Shown: positions 10,054 through 25,349, numbered from the stretch's first letter. The stretch is DNA of 64,000 bases from Negaprion brevirostris (GCA_030324005.1 JARDVH010000115.1:9571475-9635474); one strand, 5' to 3'. Program-made: numbers and translations. The notes: a model not told the origin generated them from the sequence alone.

Positions 10054-11399
10054 CAGAAGTAGAGGTTTCATGCTCATGGATCAACAGTGAACTTGATCTT
10101 CATACTTCAGCCATGACTGAAGGGAACAGGATATATCTCTTTATCTTAGTTACATAAACTTCATTAAATCTTTCAGCAGTGCAGGGCTCTATAACATTTT
10201 GGGGAGAATTGGCTGTCTATCAAAGCTCCTCAGCCTCATCCATTCCTTTCATGATTTATACTGTACTACCACTTCCGACAGCATGAAGTGAAACAGGATT
10301 GTGTCCTAGCCCCCACTTTGGTATTATCTTTTCCTGATTTTTGTCTTCTCTGTAGATATGGAAGCTTACCTGCGTAATCGGTCAGTCAGCAAATTATACA
10401 ATCTGTCCAGGCTGCAAGTGAAGACAAAAAATATACAACATCAGAGAACACTGAGGCTGTGCTAGTCACTCACCTGGAAACTCCCCAACAAAGACTCACT
10501 GTGCCTGTAGCTTGTGCTGTCAGAAGCATTTTGCATAAAACCAAAAGTATTTTGGCTGGACCTGGTTATTGGAAAGTACATTTTTTATTTTATTTTCTTG
10601 GTTGACATGTGACAAAACAATAGAGAAACACTTGATGTAAAGAATCAGTCCTTTCAGAAATAGCATTAAAATAAACACCTTCGCTCAAATCATTTTCGAC
10701 ATTCTTAATTGTACATCCATTAGAATATGAACAATCTGCAGAATCTATTACTGACTGTTTTGGCTCGTTGAGGATAATGGTATCCCTCTTTCTGCTCCCT
10801 CTAACTCGAACTAATGGGCCCTCATTTTCAGTGACTTTCAGTATCAATTTCTGTTAAATATTCAGGTGAAGATCATGTTACTCAATTTTAGCCTTTTTTG
10901 TCAAGACTCAAAATCCAGTGGAATTGACACCAAAAGATTGCAACTATATGTGGCTAATCCTCAGTACCCTGCATTCAATTTCAGTCTTGTTGTTTGCCTT
11001 GAATATTATTCTTATTTATTCCTATGGTAAAAATATGAAAGCCAACCTTAAATGTCATATCTGGATGAATAGTTTTAGTATTAAAACATCAAATTAAAAT
11101 GAATCTGAGACCCTCTTGTCTATAGTTTTGGTATATAGATATTAGTGGACTTTTATAGTGGTTCTGAAATTTTTCTACTGAAAATTTGTGTAAAATCAGT
11201 GCCCACAGTGGGACATTATATAACTGGAATTGCCCTTCCTTTGTTCCTGCTGTCTTTCTCGCAAAGAATCATGGCAAAAAAGAAAAAGAATACTTGGAGT
11301 AATCGTGGTCAGCTTGCTCACTGAAGAATCATGGAATATTTGAGTCATCTACAAGAGTGTTTTTGTAAAAATGGTCTTGCAAAATGTCAGCATGTCTGT

Positions 11400-11660
11400 G
11401 CCTCCTGAGTGGGAAGATTGTGGGTTCAAGCCTCACTCCAGATTATTTAACCAAGGCTCACATTTAAATACAGCACTGAAGGTTATACATTGTCACAAGT
11501 ACCATACTATTGATAAAGTGTTAAACTGAGACCTTGTCTCACTTCAGATGAATGCAAAAAGTATTGTGCCACTTGTTTAAAGGAGGACAGGGGGCCTATT
11601 AGTGTTGTGGACAATGCTGCCAGACACATTCATTGATCATTTATCTATTTGCATTGGTGA
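11400..11660 (+). mobile_element. DeuSINE/SacSINE1-like SINE; other copies at ~17400-17810(+), 19875-20290(+), 12700-13130(-), 18010-18270(-) and 27400-27840(-)
   Basis: Shared gtgggttcaag.cc.actccaga head and gaag.g.acaggg...gtgt...ggccaat central domain. Confidence 0.55.
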
Positions 11661-12100
11661 AAGAGGGTGCTGATAAGTGAATTCTGGTGAAGGCAGTCCC
11701 ATGGTGAATATACCAGTTGATCATAACTGACAATTAACTGCCAATTGTTGTTTGAAATTTAAACCAGGCAGCTTGATTCTTATCAAGGCATCGTCATGTA
11801 AAATATGGCTATCACTTATTTTGTTTACCTAAAACACATGCAATGTGTATATATGTTCTTTCTGTCAGCAAAGAACTGGTGTATTAATTCCAGTACGTGC
11901 ACATGTCACACTGCAAGCCCAGCTGACAATCTTAAATTCATCAGCGTAATTCTTAGCAACTGAGGGTTATTTAACAAACGTTGTCCAAACTGGCAGCTTG
12001 ACTGGTCAAGGCATTGCTCTGTGGAATGGACTAGTGAATGGCTATCACTTGTTTTATTTGGCTGAAACTGGCGTGATGTGTACGTGTTCTCTTCTGGCTA
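11660..12100 (-). mobile_element. Body of the family-3 repeat, with an internal ~100-bp duplication and no ribozyme end
   Basis: Similar to 31900-32000, 47600-47730 and 48630-48790; 11764-11870 is repeated at 11990-12100. Confidence 0.5.
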
Positions 12101-12538
12101 AATTATATTAATAACACACCCATACACCCTGCTGAGGCCTTGTCCTGATTACAACCTTCCAACCTCCCCCAGCCCCCAAAATCCAATTCACCTGCAAGCT
12201 CTAGCCTTCTCTCTCCCTTATCACTTTCAAATGGACTGTTAAACTTACCTAATTTTGTGCCGTAAAAAAAGTGTCCTTCATCAATCTGACTCCTGGACTG
12301 CACTGCTGGGCTTGGAAGATAGGCAGAGCAACTGCGTCTGGTGGGATAAGCACAATAAATTTTGCACTGATTGGCGATCTGACACTGATTAAGTTGTCAC
12401 TTTTCAGCAGTACTCCAATTCTGTACTACCAAATGACTAATCAAATTCTATTCCCTTAATATAAAAGAGGTGACTACATTTGGGCTTCCATATGCTCTGA
12501 ATTACTTCAGTGAATTGTTTCTTGAAATCCAGTGACAC

Positions 12539-13366
12539 AATATCCTAGGCATTTTTATTAGGGACATAGAATACAAGAACAAGGACTTCCTCATCTGCCA
12601 AAAGGGGCAACCCGTGGTTCATAGTTCAGCAGTGAGATGCTGTAATGCAAAACTCCTTAAATAGTGACAGAGAAGGTCCCGCAAACAGCAGCAAGGTGGG
12701 TGACCTGTTTTGTTTTGGTGATAGTTAAGGGATGAATGTTGGCTTATTAGTTGCAAGAACTCCCTGCTCCTTGGAAAAGTTTCATTTGTGATTTTTTTTA
12801 AAAATTTGTTTAATTTTGGTTTCATACAAAATAGTTTGAAAAGTGCTATGGAATGTTTCATCAGCCACTTAAGCATTGGGTATCTGCTTATTATCTCATT
12901 CAAAAGACATTAGGTCATTAAGGCAAAAGACACGTCCCTGTTTGTGAACCCAATTCTTCACTCACCTGATGAAGGGGCAGCATTCCATATAAACCTGTTG
13001 GACTTTAACCTGGTGTTGTGAGACTTCTTATTGTGACAATGCAGCACCCTTCAATACTATTCAAGTATCTTTCTGGGTTATGTATTATAATTCTCAAGTG
13101 GGACTTGAAATCTCAGCCCTTTTACATGGAGCCAAACAGACTGAAAGAGCCCTGGCCTATTAAATCTTTCCTAATAGTTCTAACCCCTCAATTCATTGTA
13201 CAGAATGAGAATGTGTTTAATAAAGCACACAAAATATCCTAGGCATTTTTATTAGGGGCATAGAATACAATTTCAAGGACTTTCTCACCTCCCAAAAGGA
13301 GCAACCTGTGGTTCATGGTTCAGCTATGAGTTGTTGTAATGCAAAACTCCTTAAATAGTGACAGAG
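12539..13366. repeat. 134-bp direct repeat pair (12539-12672 and 13233-13366)
   Basis: Both copies run aatatcctaggcatttttattaggg...gcaaaactccttaaatagtgacagag with scattered substitutions. Confidence 0.9.
12935..13036 (+). mobile_element. Penelope-like LTR fragment (family 1) whose hammerhead has lost its GAAA
   Basis: ctcacCTGATGAaggggcagcattcc followed directly by ataaacctgttggactttaacctggtgttgtgagac. Confidence 0.75.
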
Positions 13367-16300
13367 TAAATAAAGGAGTTCTTCATATAGCAGCTTGCTC
13401 TTCATAACTGCAGTAGGTGTTTGGAGAGACTGAACATGGTTCAGTGTCTAGGCTATTTATCAGTCTAATTGTAAATATATCCTATTCTATGACAGTGCAC
13501 CATTCCAAAGTTTGAAGTGTTCGATTTACAAAAATGACCAGTTTGGTAATATGGCTGCATCACTGACTAGTAAACGAGGCCTAGGCCAATGATCTGGGGC
13601 ATAAGTTCTAAAAACACCATGATCATTTTGAAAATTTGAATTTTGTTTTTAAAATGTTCTGGAAAATAGAAGCTGGCATAAATAAAAGTAGTCATGAAAC
13701 TCATTTCCTCTTGAGTAAATAGTTTACAAATGTCGGGGAAAAATCTGTTGTTTTTGCCTATTTGGTCTACGTACAAGTCCAGTGTCACACCTCACTGGTT
13801 AACTTAACTATTCTCTGACCAAATAAACCATTTCTGTTCTCACCACCGACCTTGGCAATTCCATTTGAATGATAAATGCCAGTGGTGCCTACATCCTGAG
13901 AATTAATTGAAAAGTGGGGAAAAGTTAAAGTCATTGTACTGATGATCTGAGCAGCATATTGGGGAAGAGCACCTGAGTAATTGTTTGCCACAGAGTGCTG
14001 AGCTTTATGGAACAGGGATCTGCACTAATTTCTCTGGGATTTCTACCTGATGATCCATCCATTGGCCCTTTCTATCCCTTGTGCCTCAGTGGATGACACA
14101 CAAATCCCATCATGCTGTTGGAAGAGCATAATGATCTTGTGGTTAGCATGCAACCCTCAGCCAACACCAAAGCAAATTAACTGACCACTCATTTCATTGC
14201 TTGAGGGTAAGATACTGTTGGAAAGTAATGCATCAATTAAGGATTTTGCAGTGTTTCTAATGCGCTGTGTGTATGCGGGTCTTAACATAATGGCCGAATT
14301 AAACACTACAGGATTTCCACTATGTGTCTAGCTTAAAGGCCAGTTTTGATAGCACGCTTGTTTCTAACTTGTTGAAATAGGTTATTTGGGAGTTTGTGCG
14401 TGATGTTACTGTGCAAGTATTAGTAGATATGTATTTGACATAACTATAGTTTTACTTTTTGATGGTGCTTCTTTTAAAATCACAAATGGTAACCTATTCA
14501 TGAGAATTTGTCCAGCATTTATTGCCTTTGAGAATGTGGTGTTCAGCCACTACATTGAATACAATTGAGTGGCTTGCTGTAGCATTTCAGAATGCAGTTA
14601 AATCAATCTCATCGTTATGGACCTGGAGTTGCACGCAGGTCAGGCAAGCAAAGGATGGCAGACTTCCTTGCCTAAAAAATATTGGTGACCCAGATAGATT
14701 TTTATAACAATAGTTTGTGGTGACTAATTGAATTTAAATTCCTTAACTGTCATGACGAGATTTAAACTTCTGTTTCCAGAGCATTGTTCTAGGCCTCCAG
14801 ATCACTAACCCTGGCGCATCAGATCAAACCCAAGATGGGTGCAATGCCAGCTTGGATTTTGCTTGTCTCCATTGTGGGGACCTTGAATTGGATTTTGGAG
14901 CAAGTAAGGAATGGATTTGTTTGCCTGGTCTATTGAGTATTGGCTTTGTGGCTTTAAGAAATGGAGTTTTAAAAAAATCTGCTACCATCCCTCTAATTAG
15001 AGTCCATGGTATTTCAAGGACTAAGCAGTGGTTGTGATTACTGCACAGATCTTAAATAACAAGGATGGGTAAATTAAATCTACTTACCCATTGAAACTAG
15101 TACAACAAATTATAGAGGAGTTAAAAATGTGATTTTTGAACTCGCAATGCATTGAAAATTCTCAAGCCAGGTACAGTGCATGTTTTACAGTGGATTAACT
15201 TTTTCCATTTAAGCAATCTGATGCATGGTGCTATTATCACCCTGCTGAAGAGATGATGCAGCAAAACAAAACCTAATTCTAATTAAACCAGCCTATTCAA
15301 TAATTGTGCACTTAATTTTAGCGACCTGAAGCTTGAAGATTTGGACCTGTTGCTCTGCACTGCAGCGACCACTTCATCTCCTCTACATTACTGGCTAAAT
15401 AATCAGTGCCTTCAGCAAGGAGAGTTTGTTTAGGCTTTTTTTAACGTCACTGGTGCTGTTCTGTTTCACTTACAAGGATATTACTTTTAAACACACTCAG
15501 TTTACAAGTTTAGCAGAATTTTGTGAAAACAAAGCTTGTATTTTCTGTTNNNNNNNNNNAAGGGGTGGGAGGTAATTGGATAACTAAGAAATTAGCATCA
15601 TGCACAAAACTCCCAGATTAACCTATTTAAACCAAATTTATGTAGCATGCCTTCACAATTTAACTCAGTAAGCCTAGAAGATATCATTCTGATGAACCTG
15701 CATTCTATCCCCTCCGTAGCCAGTATCATCTTTCAGACTCTGACCGAAATTGAATGCAATGTTTCAGATGTGGTTTAAGCAAAATTCTCTACAAGTGGAC
15801 ACCACTTTTTGGATCTCAACTTCTTGAGATTAAGGACCAATTTTCCATGAGCCCTTGCAATTACCTTTGTACCTGTACGAAGGTAATTGATCTGTACTAC
15901 ACCATAGTGATACGTTACATGAGCATCTAAATCCTTTTGTTCCTCTTCCCTTCCTAGTGGCTCAGGGTTAAATTAAGTTCTGATTTGCCCTTCGTCCTTG
16001 TGCTTCCCTATATTGAATTTCCTTTGCTATAGTTTCCACTAACTTGGTCTTTTTATCCCTTTAACTTCTACTCAACAAGACCTGAGTTGTTATCCTTGGC
16101 CCCTGCATCAATGTCTATCACAGATTCTTGATGTGCTCCAGAGCAGTATCTTAAGATCAACTTTGCAACCATACTATTCTGTTTAACCTTAGCTTAGTTA
16201 CAGGCCCCGTATATTCTGCCATAAGAATTGCCTACTTCTACCTCTTTATTGTCTTTATCTGTGTTCTCTGAAACTCATGCACACAAGATCTGCCTGCTTC

Positions 16301-19300
16301 TATCTCTGCTAAAGCTCAAGTTTGATTTTGTATCATGTCTGCCCATGTTCCCTGAATTCCATGTCCAAATATTAAAGTTAAAATTAGCATCCTTGTGTTT
16401 AAATTCATCAGTGGCTTTGTCCCGGTCTGACAATATCCTGCAGAACCTGCCCTTCAGCATTCCGTTCTTCCAGCACCAACATTTTGTCCTTGTTTTCCCC
16501 TAATATAGCCACATCTAGTGTTTTTTTACCCCTGGTAGTCTACCCAATTATCTTCACCTCTGATAGCCTAGACCTAAATATTAGTCACTCCATCGTTGGT
16601 TCAGCATTTATTTTTCTTGAGCCAATCTGTGAAGCTTCTTGGGGCAGTCTTTACAAGCTACGTGAAATTTATGATGCAGTTATATACTTGAATTAATCCT
16701 TTGAATAGTTGCATTTCCATTTTTGGGTTTCTATACGTACTTTTTAAAATTTGTTGTCCAATTTCAAATGGAAGTCAGTGGGATGAATTATAAGTGAGGG
16801 GGATGAGCTCATATGCACATTGCTCATAGCCATGCTCTTATTGAACTCTGTGGCCTTGCCCAATCATGCTTCCATCCTCATACCCTCTTGATATTCTTAC
16901 TCTGGTCTGGTCTGCTCTGCCTTCTCTTTACCCATGCACGTGAATCCACCCAGAACCGTTGGTAGTGGGGCTTCAGACATCTTGCTTCAACATCTAGATT
17001 CCACCTCTTTCTACCCTATTTCCACTTTACTTCATCCTTGCTTAACCAGCAGAGCATGCTTGAGAAATATGGCAAACACATTCTTGTGGTGCTTAACATT
17101 AACATGTTCTATTAAGTGAGTTACACAGCAGCACACTGCAGCGGGATTTTCTGAACTCCGTCATGGGTACGGAGGAAATGGTTTCCCACAGTGTTAATTT
17201 GAACCATTGTTGCAGAACATGCAGCATGCCACTTGAGAACTTTGATCACCTGAAGAGTCAAAGTGAGTGGGATCCCAACACATTGGTGTCTCTTGTATTT
17301 CAAAGTTTTTTGTCATTGAGATAATGGATGGAGTGTGGTCCAGGTGGCAGGGTGAAATATTTTTGTCCTTGAATAGTGTGAGCCAAGTGGTAATACCTGC
17401 TTTTGAGTCAGTGTAATGAGGTCAAGTCCTACTCCAGAGATTTGAATTTGAATCTCGGTCAGCACTTCAGTCGAGCTGAGGGAATGCTGCACTCAGGTGC
17501 TGTAATTTGGTTGAGATGATGAAGTAAGTTATCATCCTTCCTTTTCAATAAAAAATCCTGTGACAATGTGAGGAGAAGAGGGGTCTCTGTAATATGAGTT
17601 CTTCTGATGTGCTGGCCGCTAATTATTCCTCAATCGACAGCACTTAACAAAGGCAAATGATGTGGTCATGTATCTGCTGCTGTGTGCAAAGAAACCATTG
17701 CATTTTTCTACATTATTCCAATGCCTCCACTTAACAAAAAGTAATACACTGGCTGTGAAGTGCTTTGGGATATCTTGCTGTTGTGAAATATGCTATACAA
17801 ATGTCTGTTTAAGGGCAAGAGCTTCACTTGGTCTGTGTTAGGCAGATCCTCTTGTCGCAGCAAGAGAGCTATTAAGAATGCAAAGATCTGATTTGAACCT
17901 GCATAGGGAGAGTTCTTAGATAAGATCAATAAACCTTGAAAATGCTGAACTCGAGCTGTGATATTTCAAATTTAATTAGTGTGGCTGTTAACCCTTTGAA
18001 AGAATTTGAACTTATCACAGCTTCAGGATATTCCAAAGCATTTAGCAGATAATGAAGTACAGTCATTGTGTAATCAGATGCAGAAATTAATTTATGTTCA
18101 TCAAGGTTCCACAAGCAGTGAAGCAAACTCCAATTTCATAGCACTTGAGATTTTTTACACCCAACTGAGAAGGGTTTAATATCTCATCTCCTCAAAGACT
18201 GCAATGATGCAGTGCTTAGTGCAGCACTGAGGGTGTCTAAGTCTAGATTGTGCTCAATATGGGATGTGGTGTGAAACAACAGCTGCCACTGTTTTCTGAA
18301 CCAAATTAACTTTTTCTGTCATAGTAAAGCAATTGTTTGTATTGATGTAATAACCAAAAATGCTGGAAAGATTCAGCAGATCTCTGCATTTGTGAAGAGA
18401 CAAACACAATGCCAGGAAGCCTACTGTGCCCACCCCAGTCCAATGCCAGCATCTCCACATCATGACTGGATGTGGCAGGACTGCAGAGCTTGGATCTTAT
18501 CCATTAATTGTGTAATCACTTGGCTATCTTGTTGCAGGCTGCTTCTGTTTTTTGGCATGCAAATTTTCCTGTGTTGTAATTTTGCTAGGTTGACGCATTT
18601 TTAGGTGTGCTTGCTGCTGCTCTTGGCATGCCTTTCTCTGCTATTCAACTAAAAGAAATGGTGAAATAGGATGTCTGTTTATAAGCATCTTCTTCACTGT
18701 TTCTCCACAGTGGGGTGGCACAGTGATTAGCACTGCTGTTTCATACTGCCAGGAACCTGGGTTCAGTTCCCAGCATGGGACACTATGGAATTTAGCCATG
18801 CTAAATTGCCCCTCAGTGTCAGAGGGATTGGCTAGGGTAAATGCACAGGGTTATGGGAATATGCTTTGGTTGGGAATGTGGTTGGTGCAGACACAGTAGA
18901 CTGGCCACCTCCTGCACAGTATGATTTTATGATTAATTTTGTAGCATTTCATCTTAGTCCTTTGTCAGAATTCTTTGGAAATTTCCTCTGTCCTAATTTG
19001 TACCACAAAAATGTTAAAATTTCTGGTTGTCACTTTCAAAACACAAACACATTTGTGTTAAAGAATGATCTGATTTGCTTGTGAAAGTAGAAAATCTTGG
19101 ATTTATATGCAGCCTTTTCTGTTCCAATACAAGTATGACCTATCTTAAATGTGGAAACCAAAACTGCACATGGTATTACAGTTGTGGCCTCTTCAAAACC
19201 CTGTACAATTTTAGGAAGGTGTTTATTCTTATGTTCCAGACCACTTGCAATAAAAGCCAACATGTCATCTGCCTTAATTGCTTCATTACCTGCTAACTGA

Positions 19301-22300
19301 CAGGTTTCTCATCTTTTAAAAAAGATTCTGCTTTTCTATTGTGACCTAAGTGAATATCTTCAAACTTCCTGACGTTATATTCCATCTGCCATCTTGTCCA
19401 GTCATTTAACCTGTCTATGGGTCTCATGTCCTCCAAATCCCAAAAGTACTAAATATACTCATTAATTTGAAGCTTCTCAACAGAGCTGTCTTTAATTTTT
19501 GTATAGTTTGTGATGCTTTGTGATTTGAAATGATTGGCAACTATTGTACAGTTAAATGAAGAAAAAGTACATTTTGTTCAAAGCCAAATCTTTTATCCAG
19601 AAAATTCTGCTGTGATATTTATTTTTAAAAGCTGCCTTGTTATACAGTAAGGAGATCTTGACATGTCAGTTTTCCTTGCTGTCTGGTGACAGTATTATCT
19701 GACTGACTGGAGCCTCCTGCCTTCCTGAGCAGCTCCACTGGTTACAAGGGAGACTGACTATGGAATTTATGGAGTTTTCTGATCTGGGAAAATGTGCCTG
19801 TGGCTTAATTTACAATGGACTCGGGCAGCATTTGGAGAGCTAACCAATGCTAAAATAATTCCTGAACCCATGTCAGCTGTGGCTCAACGGCCATGCTCTT
19901 TCTTGCCTATTGGCCAGATGCTGGGGATTTGAGTCCCACTCCAGAGATTTTAGGATGTAATAACCCAGACTAATGCAGTAGCTACTATTGGAGGTGCCTT
20001 ATTTAAATGAGACATCAGACCAGAGGCTCTGTTTCATGCTGAGACACAGAAGATTCCATTGCACTATGTGAAGGAGAACAGGAAAGTTCTTCCTAGTGCC
20101 CAGCCCAATAGTTGTTCCTCAACCAACGCTTGAAGGAATAGATCTTGTGCTCATTATCATATTGCTGTTTTGGGGCATTGGCTGCTGCATTTCTTACACT
20201 GCAAGAGTGACTATATTTCAGATGTACAAGGTGCACCATTGATTGTAAAGCTCTTGGGGATGATCTGACAGTCACTACCAATACAAATTCTTTCTAAGTT
20301 CCAAAGTAAGAGTTTCGGAATAGTTTCTTAAGCTTGTGTTTCCCCCCCTATTAAATAATAGAGCTGCTGGTTTGTAAGAAATTGTACAAAGGCTATTTGG
20401 TCAATTAGGTCAGCATGACTGCATCTGCTTGGTAACTAATGGGATCTCTTCGAAGAACAGAAACGTGCAATTTCCATCAACTTCTCAAAGCAAACATGCG
20501 AATCTTACCTATTCCATCTGGATTTGCTGGTGCAATGTGAACAGCCAGTAACCAAAAAGAGCAAATTACTTTCAGAATAACAAGTTTAGCACCTTTTTTG
20601 TTAAAATCAATTGCTCTTCAATTTTATAAAATAAGAACATCTGTACTCACTTTCCATTAATGACTTGCTGCATCCATATTTGTACAGTAATTTTGTGCAC
20701 TTGTGAACAGACCTATATGACTAGATGCACTGCAGTACGAGTGCTTGCAGGAGAATGCTACAAAAAATGTGGACCTGGGCAATTATAATAAATGTCAAGA
20801 TGGGAATTTTTAAAGGATATATGAAAGCACGGATAGCAGGTATGACTTGAAACTGGGGCTAGGATTTTGCTTCCACGTCCTGGTCCAATTAAACTTGTTT
20901 CTGAAGGCTGCACTGAGCTTTATTTCCTGCATACTGACACCGGGGATGAATTGGCTTCAGTTATTGTTTTCAGTGGGGAAAGGAAGCTGTTCTTTGTGTA
21001 CAACTTGGAAGATTTTCTTTTGTGCACTTCCAGTGGCTAAAAGAATGCCCAGGCTGATACCTTATCTCTTTTGTCACTTCTGATCTCTGTTTGCTGTCTA
21101 AAAAGCCAGCATCTGTGAAGCTGCTGTTCAGAGATAATGGCAGTTCCATATATGCTGTAATGTGCCAGGATTACAAGTAAAATGCAAACAGTTGTGGTAA
21201 TTGTTTATTTTCCATGTCCATGACATGTTTGGCTCCTGCTGTTGCGAAAGTTGCCCTCACTAAAATACGTTGAACAAGAATGGATTTAGAAGTTGTTAAT
21301 CACTGCAGAATATTTAGTGATAAGGAGTTTGATTATCCTGCTGGCCACTGCCTCTGGAAATGCCCTTGCTAATGTTGGCAAAATTATTTTAACACAACCC
21401 ATCAATTGCTAAGTTAGAACAAGCATGATGGTGTTTATTTTCTTTGCAACAATATCACCAGGTTTCTGTGGAACAGGTTTGGATGATAAGTATGAATATT
21501 GCCAAGTATTTCTTTGGCAGCATAGGAACATTAGGACAAGGCTATTCAGCCGTTTAAGCCTGCTCTGCTTTTCAGTAAGATTGTGGCTGGTTGTGTTCCA
21601 GGACTCTTTCTCAGCCCTGAATAAATCCACTGCTTTGAGGGCTAGAACTCATCAGGCAAGCACTCTGAGGGGGAAAAGACTCCTTATTTACCCATTATTC
21701 TTAAACTGTGTCCCTATAGTTCTAGCCTCCATGACAAGTGGAGTCCCCTCAAGATCTCCTATCTTTGAATAGGATCCCCTCTCATTCTTCTGAACTCTTA
21801 ATAGATTTGGTCCCAATTTGCTCAGCCTTTCCTCATAAGATGCACCCTTTATCCCAGGTTGCTGCTGTTCATTTGGTATTCTAGATATGGTTCCACAGCT
21901 TTTTGGACACCTAACTGCAGATAAAAATCAAATGTCTGCTTTAATGGCTGGCAACTATGGCAGTGCCAGGGCTGTGATTGAGGACAGCACTATAGCGTAT
22001 GTTGCAGGAATGTGAAAATGCCAGTATGTAAAATGAAGGCATGAAATTCAATAGATTCTTGAGCTCTGCAGGCACTCGGTTTCAAATATTTGGAACTGAT
22101 GCGCAGGAGCATGATTGTGTGATTATCACTTGTCATGTGTACTCACTGGTGCAGTGCTATAGTTAGAATTGGAAGCGCAGATGGTCGTGATGTATGTGTT
22201 GAAATATAAACAATTTAGTTGGAATCTCCTGAGGAGATGAGATCCACCTGGATTTCTTGAGAGAAGGCTGACTCGTTAAAAATATTTGCCTTTTCCAGTG

Positions 22301-25300
22301 TCTTTGAACCATCTATAGTGATGCATTTGGGTTAGTACTGTGATTTTTGAGTTCTGTCTTGACACTGGATTTGCCTACTGTAATGGATAGAAGCAATTCT
22401 TGTTGTAAGTTTATATGACAGTTCTTTTTGCTTAAAAAATGTGCAATAGGTCAGTCGTTAAAGCAATAATGAAAGTGTGATATCTACTTGTTTGGCTTGA
22501 TGCACTTGATTTATTCTGTCTGTAACAGTATGTTCCTGTTTTACTTCAGTATCCATTCAATCTTGTTTTGATCAGAACAGCTATCCAATTGCTGGCTTAG
22601 ATTTGCAGCCTTTTTTTAAAAAAATGCACCTTTTTGAGAGACTGGTGTGGATTTGTTTCTCAAATTTACTGTGTATTGAGGCATTAATCTCCTGGCTGTG
22701 CCTCTGATTAAGTGCTTTTCAGCATAAAGGGGAATTGGATAGAGTCACGAGCTAGCAATGGCAGAAGGAAGAAAAACTAAATTGGAGTGCAAATCAGTTT
22801 TGGATTATTTACAACAGGAATTATGTTCTGCTCTGGTCTACATCTTTAGTTATACTACTTGTAAGTGGCAATCCACCACACATTCTATATTTACTTTGTT
22901 GCCAGAATGTCCTCAGGATTACAAACATTCTGGACCCACCCATTGCATTCCTGTGGAAGCAGAGATCTGCTGGTAAATAACACAACTAGCTGCAATAGAA
23001 GGGGAAATGGGTCATTAAAAATGTCCTGAATATTTAACAAAAACTCAAAGCCCATTTGATTTGTGTGTGAGGGGATAAAATCTTAGTTTCTAAATAGATT
23101 CATCAATTTGCCAGATCTTCTGACAATTAAGGAAAAACCTAACCCAGTCATGTGAAAGATAAGTTAAATTTAACTGTCGTTCCTTATCCTGTGACGTGCT
23201 CAGTGTGTACACAGTGACATTCATGTGAATGTCAATCATGAGTTTGATTTTTGATCAAATACCTTGCACGCAACATGTGAAATATTTATCCAATTCACTT
23301 GTCAAAAATGGGAGAGGGACGTTTGAATTCATTAACAATCCTTGGCACCCATTTAGTTCATTAGTATACTGGTGAGGAGTCCTGTAGTATACTTACAGAT
23401 GTGCAACCGAATAGATTTATTGTGAAAATGTAATTCTGTAAATAACTTCATTGCAGTGTTAATGAAAGCCTACTTACGGCACTAGGAAATAAATTTATTA
23501 ATGGTTTTATTGAAGCTGTGGCCAATGCAACTCAGTTTCACTAATTTCTTAGCACAAGCTTATTGGCTTGAATATCCTCCTTTTAATGTCATTCTACACC
23601 GCACTGAGACATCATGAATGGCAATCTTAAAGATTGATACCACAAATGTCTTAGCAGGGAGGTTGGTTGGAGTGTTTAAGCAGGGTTTAAACTAATAGGG
23701 AGGGGGGGGTGGGGATGTGACTGATAGCTCATTAGNNNNNNNNNNNNNNNNNNNNNNNNNNNNNNNNNNNNNNNNNNNNNNNNNNNNNNNNNNNNNNNNN
23801 NNNNNNNNNNNNNNNNNNNNNNNNNNNNNNNNNNNCGCTCCGGTTTCCTCCCACACCCCAAAGATGTGCTCTTAGGCTGATTGGTGTACCAAATTGACAC
23901 TATTCTCCCCTGGATCTGGCTACATTAGGGGTTCCACTCACATACACACAGGGCAGGGTAGGTGTAGGAAGATGTGGCAGCGCGGGCTCATTGGGCCGAA
24001 GGGCCTGTTTCCCGTGCTGGGTTCTTTGTAATTGAGTATACTATAACCAAATTTCTGACATACAACTTCCATACTGAGTTGCAGAAATATATTTACAAGA
24101 GCACGAAAAAATGCTTTCTAGGGGAGCAATACACTAGTTCTGAAAGATTTGCAGGTGCTTTTGGTTTTTATTTGAAAATGTGTTTTTTAAAATAATGCTG
24201 CTCCCTAACTGTTATCAGATTGCCATTGATATCTAAAACTATTTGTATTTCCCTGCCAGGAGCTTGACCGTGTAATGGCTCATTAAGAAGCCAACATCTA
24301 GTCAACAGGATTATAATGATTTTGCTGTTAATGCCAGTCTAAACTAATTGCTTTAACTTGTCAGTTGTGATGAGCAAAACCAAAACAAAACGAGCAGTGG
24401 GCGTACACAATCTGCAGTATGCTTTATTTTTTAAGAATCAACATTTCACGGTCCCCAGTGGCTGTGCTTTTTTTTCCCAATGAGCTATAACGTATGAGGG
24501 AGATTCCAACTTTAGCCATCTGTCATGTGTTTGCTAATATCAGCTGGCATGGGAATAAAAGGGTTCAACATTGACAGGTTGAATGGTAAAATTATTCTGG
24601 ATTCCTGTTATTTTCTTAGAATAGAACGGGAAATAGCAAACACAGCCACCTGGTAAGGACACAGCGAGGGTCAGCAATAAGTCTTCTGTTGACAGCCTGC
24701 TTACTGTTAGTCATATATGCAATTGAGTTGGAATGAAAGTAAGCTTTTGGAAGGTGGCCAGCATTTATGCAATCTTTCTGTTGAAAAAAAAGTAGGGAAC
24801 ACACAGCTGCAGAAGAGGAAGTGGAGGAGATGGGGAGGGTGGGGAGAAGTAGTCTTAAACAATGGATTAAAAGCAATTTATGCTGAAACAGAATTTAGTC
24901 AAAAATTTGGGGAGTCATTCAATATCATCAGTCTAGTTTGGTAATATCATTGTTTTAATGCAGTGAGTTGGTTTGTGATACCCACCTGCTGCAGAATTCA
25001 TAGATGCAACTGTGTGTATGTCTAAGATGATTTAATAAGTAATTTAATAAGTTATTTAATTCACCTGAATATCACCAATGGATAGGGTAATTGTGATAGG
25101 GTGACCTGGATTACCTAGAAATATCATTATTACATTACCAAACCATTTGCAACTAAAGCACTGCTGATCAACCTACTATGTATGTCTAACATTCTCAGAC
25201 TACACCCAGTTCTTGCCTGTCAGATTCCAGCCCAGTCTGTTGCTGGCATCTCCATTTCATAGATTCATTCCACTTGGGTGTTGATAAATAATAGCTGGCA

Positions 25301-25349
25301 TGTGATTTCACAGAAGTGCCTCTTCTGTGCTGAATAGTAGCAGAGAAAA

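Noticed and set aside
10590-10850. - strand 85-aa ORF preceded by an acceptor-like tatttaacag, a possible nested-gene exon
   Set aside because: No recognisable homology, no partner exons and no convincing donor; tBLASTn or RNA-seq would be needed to revive it.
24240-24720. Repeat-free, TAAT-rich stretch that looks like a conserved enhancer
   Set aside because: This cannot be supported without cross-species alignment.
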